NCBI RefSeq assembly: GCF_022045235.1
Contig: NW_027266272.1
Coordinates: 29,202,001-29,266,000, forward strand
Length of the DNA stretch: 64,000 nt
Origin: Haliotis cracherodii
Taxonomy: Eukaryota
Reading direction: 5' to 3'
The notes beneath the pieces are model-generated. The model was given only the letters and a program-made list of their open reading frames with translations, was not told the origin of the DNA and did no database searches. Shown here piece by piece: positions 27,072 through 38,143 of this stretch (its first letter is position 1; each line of letters opens with the position of its first letter). The translations under genes were made by a program, and so were the position numbers.

Positions 27072-28340
27072 TGAGGTGTTTCACATAGGTGTCAAATCTC
27101 AAAGGTCAGCTGAGAAAGCCCTCGTGACAACTATTTTCATAATGTCCATGGTTCTTTAGAAAACATAGAGTTAGATAACAATGAACAATCAACGTTGTAT
27201 TGGCTAAACCTTTGATCAAAGTATGTTGTTTTTACATTGGCACTTCAGGCCCAGATATGGGGGTATTCTGTCTGCTTTAGTAAACATATACATGTAAACA
27301 CTTACTTTCGACAAATCCACTGCAAAACAGTGATTATTCAATGAACATATTTTCTGCTGATCCTTTGATGGCCAGGAATGATCAGTTAATTTACATAAAA
27401 GTAAATCAACTGATCACTCCTCTTGCTGCGCTGCCACTGTGCATATTACATAACAAACATTTCACCCAACTTCAAACCGGGATTCAGATTAAATAATTAC
27501 CCCAGACACAAGAAATGCCAAATGGGAACCTTTGTCTGGTAATCATGTCTGGAGCTACCACAAATTATACCTGTAATAAATTAATTAACTGGAGTTCAAG
27601 TGAATGACAACAAATACACAGGCGTTGGGTTATACCAGGAAATATGGATGACAACAAGGGAGTAGCAATCATATTATCCAGGCAATCCGAAATCCAAAAT
27701 GCTTTCACTTTAGGGATATGTTTTATTATTATTAAACTATAACCATCAGGGGTATTTCCAACTAAGAACATCCGATGAGCTTCCACCGTTCTTTTTGTCT
27801 GTTTGTTTAGGTTGAAGAAATTAATTAACATGCACCCTTTTTCGAAATCTTCATACATCACTGGTAACCGTAAAACAGATATTGCCTCGAAGTTTATGTA
27901 TGCTGTCCTTACAGACGGTAGCCCAGTCTCTTGTCACGCTCAGTTGCGTTAGCGAGCACAAGTACTTGTGGCAGCTAGTGAGCCCTAGTGGGTAGTGTTA
28001 GACAGCCGAGAAGAAGCCAGAGATTAGTGCCCCTTTAACTTGATAAAGTTGATATGTTTTTGTTCCTGTTCTCAAAGCTCATTATATATTTAATCACGAT
28101 TCTAAACATCCTGAATTGTTAGATTTTTGTCAACATTTAATGATTTGTTGTTGACAAAATTGACTGGTGATTTAATGATCTCACACTTTGACTTTACAAA
28201 AGAATGAAGTTATAGTGCTATATAAGAAGCCTTATTCTTGTTATCCCCAGCCAAAATGTGGAACTGGGGATATGGGTTTGGTCTCTGTCTGCCCAACTTC
28301 AGTGGGGAATTTTTTTTCCTGAAACTGCTATGGCCACTTA

Positions 28341-28800
28341 TACCCTGTTCACATGTGCGGCTATACATATGTATGTATATGTGCATACGTGTGTAGAAAT
28401 ACATATGTGAGTATACTTGTCATGTGAACGTGTTTACTCATGTGTGTACATTTACACCAGGAGCAAATTTGCATCATGTCTGGAGCATGTGCAAATGTAA
28501 ATTTGCACTGTGTGTATATGTTGCAATGGGAATGTTTATGTCAACCTAAGAGGATGAACTAATAATATCTGTTCTTTTGCCAACACCAAACAAATTGTTA
28601 ACACTTGCCAACTTTTATGTGTATATATAGAGTTGAGCGGACGGTGTTTTCTTTTGGTTTGAAGGGGTCAAAACTTTGTGTACAAATTAAATGAAACACA
28701 TGCTGCTTCACACAAAAAGTTTAGGTGAAATAACTGTATAAAATGTAAAGTCAGACATGTGTAAAATTACAAAGTGAATGTTGTGCATGTGAACAGAGTA
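28341..28800. mobile_element. MITE, possibly PIF/Harbinger-type
   Basis: TIRs TACCCTGTTCACATG / CATGTGAACAGAGTA match 14/15, flanked by TTA and TAA. Confidence 0.55.
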
Positions 28801-28812
28801 TAAGGATGACGA

Positions 28813-29152
28813 GTGTCTCTGTGGTCAAGTGGTAGAGCGTCTGCCCGGAGAGCGGAAGGTCCAGGGTTCGATCCCAGGCTGTGTCATACCAAAAGACATA
28901 AAAATATAGTACTTATTGTTACCCTGCCTGGTGCTCGGCATTACGGGGCTAAAATAAAGACTGGTCGGCTCAGAGTCAGTATACAGTGGCTGAGTAGGGT
29001 ATTCATGTTACAACTATTGCATGTTATCTCAGTGGACTAGCACTATAAAGTCGCCATTGGTACGGACTAGTATTAGCAGCCACACACATGTGCATGCACG
29101 TCGCTATATAAATGCAGTAATCCTGGACGTGATGTTAACGACCATTTCACCT
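28813..29152 (+). mobile_element. tRNA-derived SINE (family B)
   Basis: A-box TGGTCAAGTGG and B-box GGTTCGATCC, central GTCATACCAAAAGAC...CCTGCCTGG domain, CCATTTCACCT tail. Homologous copies at 42914, 50470, 50938, 55745 and 57684. Confidence 0.8.
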
Positions 29153-29710
29153 AGCTAAGGATGACATTCTGCGTACATCATAAAGGATTCAAATTATTCT
29201 GGATTGATCACTGGATTGTCTCGACCATTTACTGTGATCCATCATATAGCTGGAATATTGCTGAGTCAGGGAGTGTGGCATTAAACAATAAACAAACAAA
29301 ACATCCAAAACCTGCTACTTGTCCATTCTATAGCGCTGGCTACAGATCTCAGAGATCAATAATAGTTAACTAAATATTGATCAAGTTTGGATAAATATTG
29401 GATAAGTAACTCTGAGCAAATATGAAAAAGCTCAAAAACATGTTTCATGTCACCAAAATGGCCCAAAACAAGTCTGTTTGGTAAATTAAAACATTATTTC
29501 ATCACAATAGTTCATGTATGATATTATCGATGACATAATTTCCATATTAATAATCAATAATCGTTAATATTTCTTCCCATCAATGATAATTCCAACTGTC
29601 GATCTTTTTAGTCAGCCTTATCATTCAATCACAATTTTGATTGTCTTGCAGAATGGACTATTGACGATATGAGGACTCCACGTAGACTTAGCATCAGTAT
29701 CAAGATTGAT

Positions 29711-30409
29711 ATGAAGTGTTTACGCCCCTTGCTGACGCTTATCATAGGGCTGTGCCTTGGGATCACCATGAGCATGATGTATGCCCCCTTCAGTGAGGAT
29801 AGCTGCGAAACCTACGTCTCCAAGCAAGACCCTCAAGAACTTGTAAAGAGACGTGAAACAAAATCCTTAGAGGTTCAACAAGACGGAGAAGGAAAGTTTG
29901 AACCCCGATTGCGGCTACAGGAAAAACCAGGGGGGAATACCGGCGTTGGTAATGTTGGCGGGTCGACCAAAAAACTCATCCGACCTCGGTATGCATCAAC
30001 AGAATTGGGAATACTTGATAAGCTATTTGTAGCTGTGATCACATCGCGAAATACTATTGACACACTTGGTGTAGCTTTCAACAAGACTGTTCAACATCAT
30101 GTTACCAAACTGGTTTTCTTTATGGACGATAAGGGTCAGTCTCTGCCTTCTGGGATGTCTGTTGTGAGCTTTGCGGACAAGCGCCCTCACCTGATCCCAA
30201 TACACATTCTCAAGTATATCGCTGAACATTACCCAGACAAGTTTGACTACTATATGTTTGTGTCTGATCGGACTTACATCCGTGGGGAAACGCTGTTTGA
30301 CTTTGTGAGTGGTGTGAGTGTGAGTCATCACATGTATCTGGGATGCCCCAAAGCTGCAGATGGAACTAATGTATACTGCTCCCTGGATGGGGGGATCATC
30401 ATTTCTCAG
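29711..30409 (+). CDS. CHPF: Chondroitin polymerizing factor (chondroitin sulfate synthase 2 family), coding exon 1; alternative in-frame ATG at 29669
   Basis: N-terminal signal anchor MKCLRPLLTLIIGLCLGITMS, then RPRYASTELG, LFVAVIT, DYYMFVSDRTY, YCSLDGGIIISQ. Acceptor at 29651, donor CAG|GTACAT, phase 0. Confidence 0.92.
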
Positions 30410-30489
30410 GTACATATTGTAACTTTTTCTTTGTCATGTTAAACCAATGTGTATCATGGAGGAAAATAGGTCACTGGTGCCCCATTATT

Positions 30490-31050
30490 GTGCAAGGTGA
30501 CTAGACATGCTAAATGGGTCCAATGTAGGATTCTGGTGCTGAATCATGTGAACATAGTGAATGGGTCCCCAGTACCCAGTCCTTGTTCAAGGTAACTAAA
30601 TAGGTCCACTGTAAGGATTTCGGGGGTGTACAGGTCCCCAGTACCCCATGATTGTTCAAGGTGACTAAATAGGTCCACTGTAAGGTTTCCGGGGCTGTAT
30701 TGGTCCGTAGAACCCTATAAATGTACAAGGTAACTAAATAGGTCCACAGTGTAAAGATTCTGGGGGTGTACAGGTCCCCAGTACCCCATGCTTGTTCAAG
30801 GTGACTAAATACGTCCACTGTAAGGATTCCGGGGGTGTACAGGTCCCCAGAACCCCATGCTTGTTCAAGGTGACTAAATAGGTCCACTGTAAGGATTCCA
30901 GGGCTGTATCGGTCCCTAGAACCCTATAAATGTACAAGGTAACTAAATAGGTCCACAGTGTAAAGATTCTTGGGGTGTACAGGTCCCCAGTATGCCATGC
31001 TTGTACAAGGTGACTAAGTGGGTCCACAGAAACGATTCTGCTTGATCCAT
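30490..31050. repeat. Intronic minisatellite, 69/69/71-bp monomers forming a 209-bp higher-order unit
   Basis: CAAGGT(G/A)ACTAA recurs at ~30588, 30657, 30726, 30797, 30866, 30935 and 31006. Confidence 0.9.
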
Positions 31051-31304
31051 GCTTGTTGAAGTGGTTTGTCTGGCCAGGATTTGATTATTTACGGGCTGGT
31101 TTGATGTTGATATAGCTGAAATATTGCTGACTCCATCATAAAACAACATTCATTCTTTCTATTTTCGTGTAAGAAAAGGCAGGCTTTGAAGGTGTGTCAG
31201 TCTGCTTGAAATCATAATGTGATGGGACACCTGAAGTATAAATTTGGTAGCACTTCTTCATCATGTTTTCAGCTTGTGGAATTTCTTTGATAATAGTTAA
31301 GGGT

Positions 31305-31443
31305 GATTGGGGAGCCTAGTGGGTAACATGGTTAAATTGTATGCTCGCCCCACCGAAGGCCAAGGTTCAATTTCCCACAATGTGACTTGGGTACAATATG
31401 TGAAACCCATTTCTGGTGTTCCCCGCTGTTATATTGCTGGAAT
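31305..31443 (+). mobile_element. Degraded tRNA-derived SINE (family A)
   Basis: GCCTAGTGG head and GGGTACAATATGTGAAACCCATTTCTGGTG body; reverse complement of the copies at 60281 and 63611. Confidence 0.65.
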
Positions 31444-31573
31444 CTAGTTCATACTTGTTCACTCGCTCAAAATATTTATCATGTTTATTATCATTATTAG
31501 TGCTGCTGTCCTAGGTCAAGGAAAAGGAAAGCTTATACACCTCATTGAGCATGATTACGTTTGGTTTACTTGA

Positions 31574-31634
31574 TCATCATCATCATCATCATCATTATCA
31601 TCATCATTATCATCATCGTCGTCATCATCATCAT
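31574..31634. repeat. (CAT)n microsatellite
   Basis: ~20 imperfect CAT units. Confidence 0.95.
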
Positions 31635-31714
31635 AGCATCACTGTAGGCATGGTTTTGGTAGTAACACTGGGTACAAAGTATCCTAACTTTTTTCATTCC
31701 TGTTTTGATTTCAG

Positions 31715-31843
31715 TCTATTCTTTCTCAAGTTCTGTCTGAGATGGAATGGTGTACTACAAATTGTCACTCTTCAGACCCCACCATCAACATGGGTAAATG
31801 TCTTCAACATGCCACTGGGCGTTCATGTCAAGGCCATATCAAT
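31715..31843 (+). CDS. CHPF: CHPF coding exon 2
   Basis: TTTCAG|...AAT|GTAAGT; 129 nt encoding SILSQVLSEMEWCTTNCHSSDPTINMGKCLQHATGRSCQGHIN; phases 0/0. Confidence 0.9.
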
Positions 31844-32642
31844 GTAAGTCTGCTGTTTACCATTGTTACCCTCTACAGTTTCCTAAGCTCAATTTGTGTG
31901 TGTTGTCAATAATACTTAACATGCTAAGACATGCAGCCTTAGGTCAGGGAACAGGTCTAGGGGAGTTTATGTCATCTGCATGTCCCAAGGCTTTATCTGG
32001 GATTATCAACATAAGTCTGGCAGGCAAATTGAAAAGTCCATATTTCTTTTGCTTTATATATTTTCCATATTAACATATTGCAGTGATAGAAACTACCAGT
32101 TTTAGTCTTCTAGTCCTTATGATGCTAACCTAGTGTAACCCTTAAAACTGGCAAATATCTACTAGTTCTTATGATACCTTAACTCTTGGGCAGTTTGGCA
32201 AGGTCTATAGGACTAGAGCCAATTTATGATATTGGTTTTGTTGCACTAAACATTATAATAAACATTATTGTTAGTTCCAATTTTAGATTTGGGATAAAAT
32301 CAGATTTTTAGCTTGATTTGATACCTCTCTCCATGAAGAGCAGACAACCCTTTATAGGAGATCATGTCAAAGTTTGACTCACCCAATCCAACTGAAGGAT
32401 GCATGGGCTCAGGAGTCAATCAGATTTCAGCTACCAAACTATTCAGTTTCATTTCTCTACCACCTTCATCATGTTAATTTAGAAGTTAGCACAAAAAACA
32501 CATTTACAAACTTTTGTGTTAGAATCTGCCTTTTAGTATGGCTTGTTACGTCCCTGTATCTTTTGGTCCATTATGTCCATCCACTAATTTGGACTTCTCC
32601 GAAACTGGCAATAAACATTATGTGCAAATGCTTCCATTTCAG

Positions 32643-32782
32643 TTTCATCCATATGGACACACACAAGTACACGACTTCGACTTTGATGACGACATTGTAA
32701 CTCTTAAAGAAAAGGAGACCTTTAACAATTCCATTGCAGTTTATCCCATGCCTGATGACACAAACTATTACAAACTTCACCG
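32643..32782 (+). CDS. CHPF: CHPF coding exon 3
   Basis: TTTCAG|...CG|GTAAGT; encodes FHPYG...SIAVYPMPDDTNYYKLH(R); phases 0/2. Confidence 0.88.
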
Positions 32783-32832
32783 GTAAGTCCTAATTTCTTT
32801 CAGTTCAATGTGATCATGTAATATTTAATTAT

Positions 32833-32996
32833 CAGGGTTAGAAATTAATCGTTATTTTCACTAGTCTGTAAAAGTTATGTGCTACAGCGTGTCCATATCC
32901 CTAATGGTGAGAGTGGTAGTTGCTTATCATTCCTGAATAATTTACTAGTCTTGGACTTTGTTAATATTGACTGGAATTTGTTAAGTTCAGACCCTG
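32833..32996. mobile_element. Small MITE with CAGGG termini and 5-bp TSD (ATTAT)
   Basis: CAGGGTTAGAAATTAA vs right-end reverse complement CAGGGTCTGAACTTAA; ATTAT on both flanks. Confidence 0.6.
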
Positions 32997-33252
32997 ATTA
33001 TATTCTTTGTAGATTTGTAGACCAACATTGGCAAGTGGTAAACGGCTTAGACCTGTATCTGTTTGGGATGGCCTCCCACATTAAGTTGTCACTCCATGAT
33101 AACACTGAAATACTGTTCAAACTTGAGTTAAGCCCAACATGTGTAATAACAGGGGTCCCGGGGAAGAATAGGTCACTTATCCAGGATCTGTAATACTGTT
33201 GATTGTGGGGCAGAATAGGTCACATAGCCGGGATCTGTTATTCTGTTGATTG

Positions 33253-34052
33253 CAGTGTCCAACCCAGGCCGCGTAATTGCACGATTCACGCTAAAAAATC
33301 AATACGCCCCTCATAAAAAAAAAAAATCAAAGCGCCATCTGTCGCGCACAGTAATTTCTTGTTCAGTCACTTACTTTATCAGCTGTTTATCCCTACCATT
33401 AGATTCAATACTCATTAAATCTTTAATCAATTAACGAAGAAAGGCAGTTCACAGCAAACATAGTAAACAACTGTCGATGACCGATCGATAACAACCGGAA
33501 GTTCGAACACGAGTGACGTCCCTTGGGCTGCTGAATAAATTATCGACAGGATTGGCATAGGAAATGAAATTTGATTTTCTTTAGCAGAAAACGTATCAAA
33601 ACTTTGATCAAAATTATGTTGTATGTTGTTGTTTAGTAATCAAAAACCTTTGACAAGATGTGTAAAGACAATAAATATTATATCTTGAATAGTTCTGAAA
33701 ATATTTTTGAGTATTTTAGTTCGTTTAAGTTTCATTTCTGAAATCACACAATATGAATCGCCGACTGTCATAGCAGATGATCTTTTGAATAGTGAATGAC
33801 CATGTCGCGCAAAAACAAAAGAATTACAGACTTTTTTAATCAAAATAGAAAAAAGCATAAAGCATTGTTATTCATTTCAGTTCTTTATTCTAAACTGTTA
33901 CACTTTTATATGATGATGTTCCAGTACATAATACAAATTAAGACATTTTTGAAGAAAGCAATTATACCCCCTACTTTTTCAAAATCCCTCCTATTTTCTA
34001 CATGATGGGGGGACAATTCCCTTCTTGATTTTCAATTCTGGTTTGGACACTG
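33253..34052 (+). mobile_element. 800-bp non-autonomous hAT-like element with 5-bp TSD (GATTG), inserted into a ~46-bp minisatellite (33165-34148)
   Basis: TIRs CAGTGTCCAACCCAG / CTGGTTTGGACACTG. GATTG is duplicated relative to the uninterrupted repeat junction. Internal stub MSRKNKRITDFFNQ. Confidence 0.75.
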
Positions 34053-34385
34053 GATTGTTGGGCAGAATAGGTCACTTATCCAGGATCTGTATATCTGTTG
34101 ATTGTGGGGCAGAATAGGTCACTTAGCTGGGATCTGTTATTCTGCTGATAACTTTCACTGATGTTGAGTAAATGAAAACCTTATTGTATAACCAATCAAA
34201 GGGTAAATATATAAATGAAATTAGCATTACCTATGTTGTTGAGTGGAACAGATGAGACATATGTCTATGACCCCTTGGGCATGCCAGAATCTTAAGATTA
34301 TGGGTTTGAATGACAGAATCGCCTTGACTGTGATACTCAGTCTGTCAGCACCATACCCATGCTCTTGCCTTTCACAACAGTGTTA

Positions 34386-34814
34386 ACCCTGTGAAGATCA
34401 GGGTTCGAATAGGTCTTCAGCCACCCTTGGTTGCCGTAAGAGGTGACTAGGCTTGTCGTAAGACGCGACTAACGGGACGGGGTGGTCAAGCTTGCTGACT
34501 AAGTTAATGCATGTCATCATATCCCAATTGACCCATGAAAATCTGGAGTAGAATAGGTCTTCAGCAACCCATATTTGCCGTAAAAGGCGACTATGCTTGT
34601 CGTAAGAGGAGAATAACGGGATCGGGTGGTCAGTCTCGTTGACTTGGTTAATGCATGTCGTTGATCCCAATTGCATGGATCGATGCTCATGACATGAATC
34701 ACTGGATTGTCTGGCCCAGACTCGATTATTTACACTAAATTACAGACAGCCGTCATGTAGCTGGAATATTGCTGAGTCCCGACGTTAAACAACAAACAAA
34801 CAAACAAACAAACA
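34386..34814 (+). mobile_element. SINE-like dispersed repeat (family C) with internal partial duplication and (CAAA)n tail
   Basis: ACCC..TGAA.ATC.GG...GAATAGGTCTTCAGC occurs twice; GCTTGTCGTAAGA core; GCTGGAATATTGCTGAG...TTAAAC(AAAC)n tail. Related fragments at ~29200, 37730, 56445 and 63450. Confidence 0.7.
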
Positions 34815-34917
34815 CCACCATGACAACAGCGTTAATCATCTGAGACCTGAATTACTTTAGGTGCCAAACTCAAGTCACTCACTCATTCATCTATGTCATT
34901 ATTTGTTTTTTTGACAG

Positions 34918-35150
34918 ATACTTTTGTATTCTGGAACTTAATCTGACAGAGCAAGCCATTGCTAAGACAACAGAAAATATCATCTATATGAGTCAGTTTG
35001 CCCCTGGGGGCAGAGACAGCATCACATGGCCTGTTGGGGTCCCAGAGCCGTATCGACCCAAGAACAGATTTGATGTCATCCGCTGGGACTACTTCACTGA
35101 AACTCATATCTACTTTGATGATGATTTCTCAAATGTGGAGGAGTTAAAAG
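34918..35150 (+). CDS. CHPF: CHPF coding exon 4
   Basis: TTGACAG|A...AAAG|GTAAAT; encodes the CHPF-typical WPVGVPEPYRPKNRFDVIRWDYFTETH; phases 2/1. Confidence 0.92.
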
Positions 35151-35844
35151 GTAAATTGGAGTGAAAAATATGTTATGTCATAGGCCATTAATATTATTAT
35201 TTGTCATGTTTATTGAAACTCTGTGACCAAATGTATAACAAAAATGGGTGGGGGGAATGACTCTTATTTTTATGCGTCTGACACGTCATGCGATAAAATT
35301 TTCTGTTTAATAATGAGTGAGTGGTTTTATGCAGTATTTGTAGCAATATCACTTTTGGGAACATCAGAAATGGATTTCACACATTGTACTCATGTGGGGA
35401 GTTAACCTGTGTCTTTGGCTTTACCCACTTTACCCCACTACCACTGTGTTTTAAGAAAAATTACATTCCAAAAATATTTTGGTTGATGATGCTGGTGGAA
35501 TTAAAAAATGAAAGGTCCGAAAATAGAAAAATATTCCCACCTCCTCTGACTTATGGAGAAAGACATACCCGGGGTAATAGCCAAATGGGGATTCCAGGTG
35601 AGTGTTACAAATATGTTATTTATTGAAGATTATGTGCGCCCCGAGTGATTCCAGGGCACGAGAAGTTCCCAGTACATTCTTATCAAGAGTCTGTGTCTGA
35701 GTGGGGTATTGATATTTAACTGCGGCATGGTATCTAAGTGAGCTAGCACTGTAAAACTTGCATTAGTCTGGACTAGTATATAAGCTGCCCCATACGCACA
35801 TGTGCGTCTCCATGTAAGTGAAATTATCTTGAACATGTTATAGA

Positions 35845-36005
35845 GGATATTCCATGTGTTGAGAGACATATCATGTTCCTCTCATTGAGTGACGGGACAA
35901 AGGAGATATTTTCAGGACAGGCATAGCCACTCGTGAAAATATCTCCTTTCCCTCGTCATGAGATGAGAGAAACATGATATTCCACGAGAACCATGGAATA
36001 TCCTA
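35845..36005. mobile_element. Palindromic (foldback) MITE
   Basis: Nested inverted pairs AGGATATTCCATG/CATGGAATATCCT, ATATCATGTT/AACATGATAT and AAAGGAGATATTTTCA/TGAAAATATCTCCTTT around a GCATAGC centre. Confidence 0.7.
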
Positions 36006-36019
36006 TTTATCCTATATTA

Positions 36020-37245
36020 TTATCCCCCGCCACGAAGTGGAAGGGGGATATAGGAATGGGTGCTGTCCGTCCGTCCTGCCGTCCGTCACATTTCGTTTCC
36101 GGAGCAGATCTTGAAAACCGTACCATATTTCTTCACCAAACTTGGCACATAGATAGATCTAGTGGTGAACTAGTGCCTTTTGATAGTTTGGGATTTAAAA
36201 AAATATTATTTTTCGAGTTTCCATGGCAATGACTTTGATTTAGACTGAAAATGGCGGTAGTCCTCGTTTCCGGAGCAGATCTTGAAAACCGTACCATATT
36301 TCTTCACCAAACTTAACACATAGATAGATCTAGTGGTGGACTAGTGCCTTTTGATAGTTTGGGATTTAAAAAATATTATTTTTCGAGTTTCCATGGCAAC
36401 GACTTTGATTTAGACTGAAAATGGCGGTAGTCCTCGTTTCCGGAGCAGATCTTGAAAACTGTACCATATTTCTTCACCAAACTTAACACATAGATAGATC
36501 TAGTGGTGGACTGGTGCCTTTTGATAGTTTGGGATTTTAAAAAAAAATATTTTTCGAGTTTCCATGGCAACGACTTTGATTTAGACTGAAAATGGCGGTA
36601 GTCCTCTGTTTCCGGAGCAGATCTTGAAAACCGTACCATATTTCTTCACCAAACTTGGCACATAGATAGATCTAGTGGTGAACTAGTGCCTTTTGATAGT
36701 TTGGGATTTACAAAAAAAATGTTTTTCGAGTTTCCATGGCAACGACTTTGATTTAGACTGAAAATGGCGGTAGTCCTTGTTTCCGGAGCAGATCTTGAAA
36801 ACCGTACCATATTTCTTCACAAAACTTGGCACATGGATAGATCTAGTGGTGAACTGGTGCCTTTTGATAGTTTGGGATTTTAAAAAAAAAATTTTTTCGA
36901 GTTTCCATGGCAACGACTTTGATTTAGACTGAAAATGGCGGTAGTCCTCCTTTCGGGAGCAGATCTTGAAAACCGTACCATATTTTGCACATTGATGTGT
37001 CTAGTGGTGAACTGGTGCCTTTTGATAGTTTGGGATTTTTTTTTAAAAGTTATTTTTCGAGTTTCCATGGCAACGACTTTGATCTAGACTGAAAATGGCG
37101 GTAGTCCTCCTTTCCGGAGCAGATCTTGAAAAACGTACTATATTTCTTTACAAAAAGGCCCAGTGACCATAGTGCAGAGGAGCTTATGCATTGCACACAC
37201 CCGACATGTCATATTGGCGGGGGTTGTGAGTATTTCATGCTTGTT
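36020..37245 (+). mobile_element. Helentron/pearl-type MITE with six-plus homogeneous ~171-bp tandem core repeats (36094-37155)
   Basis: TTATCCCCCGCC start, (GTCC)n, GGAGCAGATCTTGAAAA at 36101, 36272, 36442, 36614, 36785, 36956 and 37116, 3' GGCGGGGG...ATGCTTGTT. Confidence 0.85.
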
Positions 37246-38143
37246 TGTGTAGTTGTTTACCAGAAAATTCATTCTTTTCATTACAAATGTAAAACCTTTA
37301 ACGTAATATGAAGTGTAATGTTCACTGCAATGAGAAGATCACTTTCCTCAACTTCAGAAATCTCAGTCTTTCACACTGAAGTACGTACTGGTAATAAAAA
37401 ACCCACTTCACCTCACCTCTGGTTTTGCTTGTTAAACAACCCATTTCTTTTGTCATGTAGATTTCAATGAATATAGGAAAAAGTCTAAGGACATATTATA
37501 TTAATAGATTTAACTGGATCATTAAAGTATATGAGGCGGGATGCATTCTAAAGTTGCTTATTTCATTTCAATTAAGAAACTGTTCAAGGCATATGTGAGC
37601 ATTTTACTCCCTATGGGTGATCATCATACCATTGTCAGTTTCTGAAACATGGTTGTATCATTCATTACCAGTTACTGTTGCGCATCTACTCCTCAGAAAC
37701 AAGTTCCGGGTTAAAAAAAATTAGTGTTGAGAAACCCATGCTTAATGTAAAAGGCTTCTAACGGGATTGAGTGGTTAGGCTCAGTGACTCGGTTGATGCA
37801 GGTCATTATATCACATTTGTATTGATTGATGCTCAGGATGTAAATCACTGGATTGTCTGGTCCAGACTTGATTATTTACAAACAGATGTTTTTGCTGATT
37901 ACCTCAGTTGCAACTATTCTTCCATCATTTTCCTCTTTATGTGATGACGTCACCTATTGTTCATGGCATCACCAAGGTGTGGTCTCTTTCTGTGATGGTT
38001 TCTGTTCCTCGTTAAATATTATTAAGACTTACACAATGAATTCATTCAGAACCGATAATTCATAATTCCTTGTAGCTTGTAGGTCATGTCAAATGACTGA
38101 TACTTGTACTTGGTGTTTCAGATTATTGTTCTCATTGTTGTAG

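Larger units (their letters stand above)
23484..28034. mobile_element. Kolobok-like DNA transposon (4.55 kb, decayed) carrying nested insertions
   Basis: TTAA at 23480-23483 and 28035-28038. TIRs AGGGGCACTGATCT / AGATTAGTGCCCCT match 13/14. Confidence 0.7.

Noticed and set aside
28813-28890. tRNA genes here and at 48137, 60370 and 63700
   Set aside because: A and B boxes are present but no proper cloverleaf; they continue into shared SINE bodies with tails, and several have TSDs.
31545-31847. Poly-His ORF
   Set aside because: Translation of an intronic (CAT)n microsatellite; the real exon is in a different frame.
38104-38143. 5' extension of the 383-aa ORF
   Set aside because: Intronic; phase-1 splicing from 35150 fits the TAG acceptor at 38143 and gives the expected ~770-aa protein.
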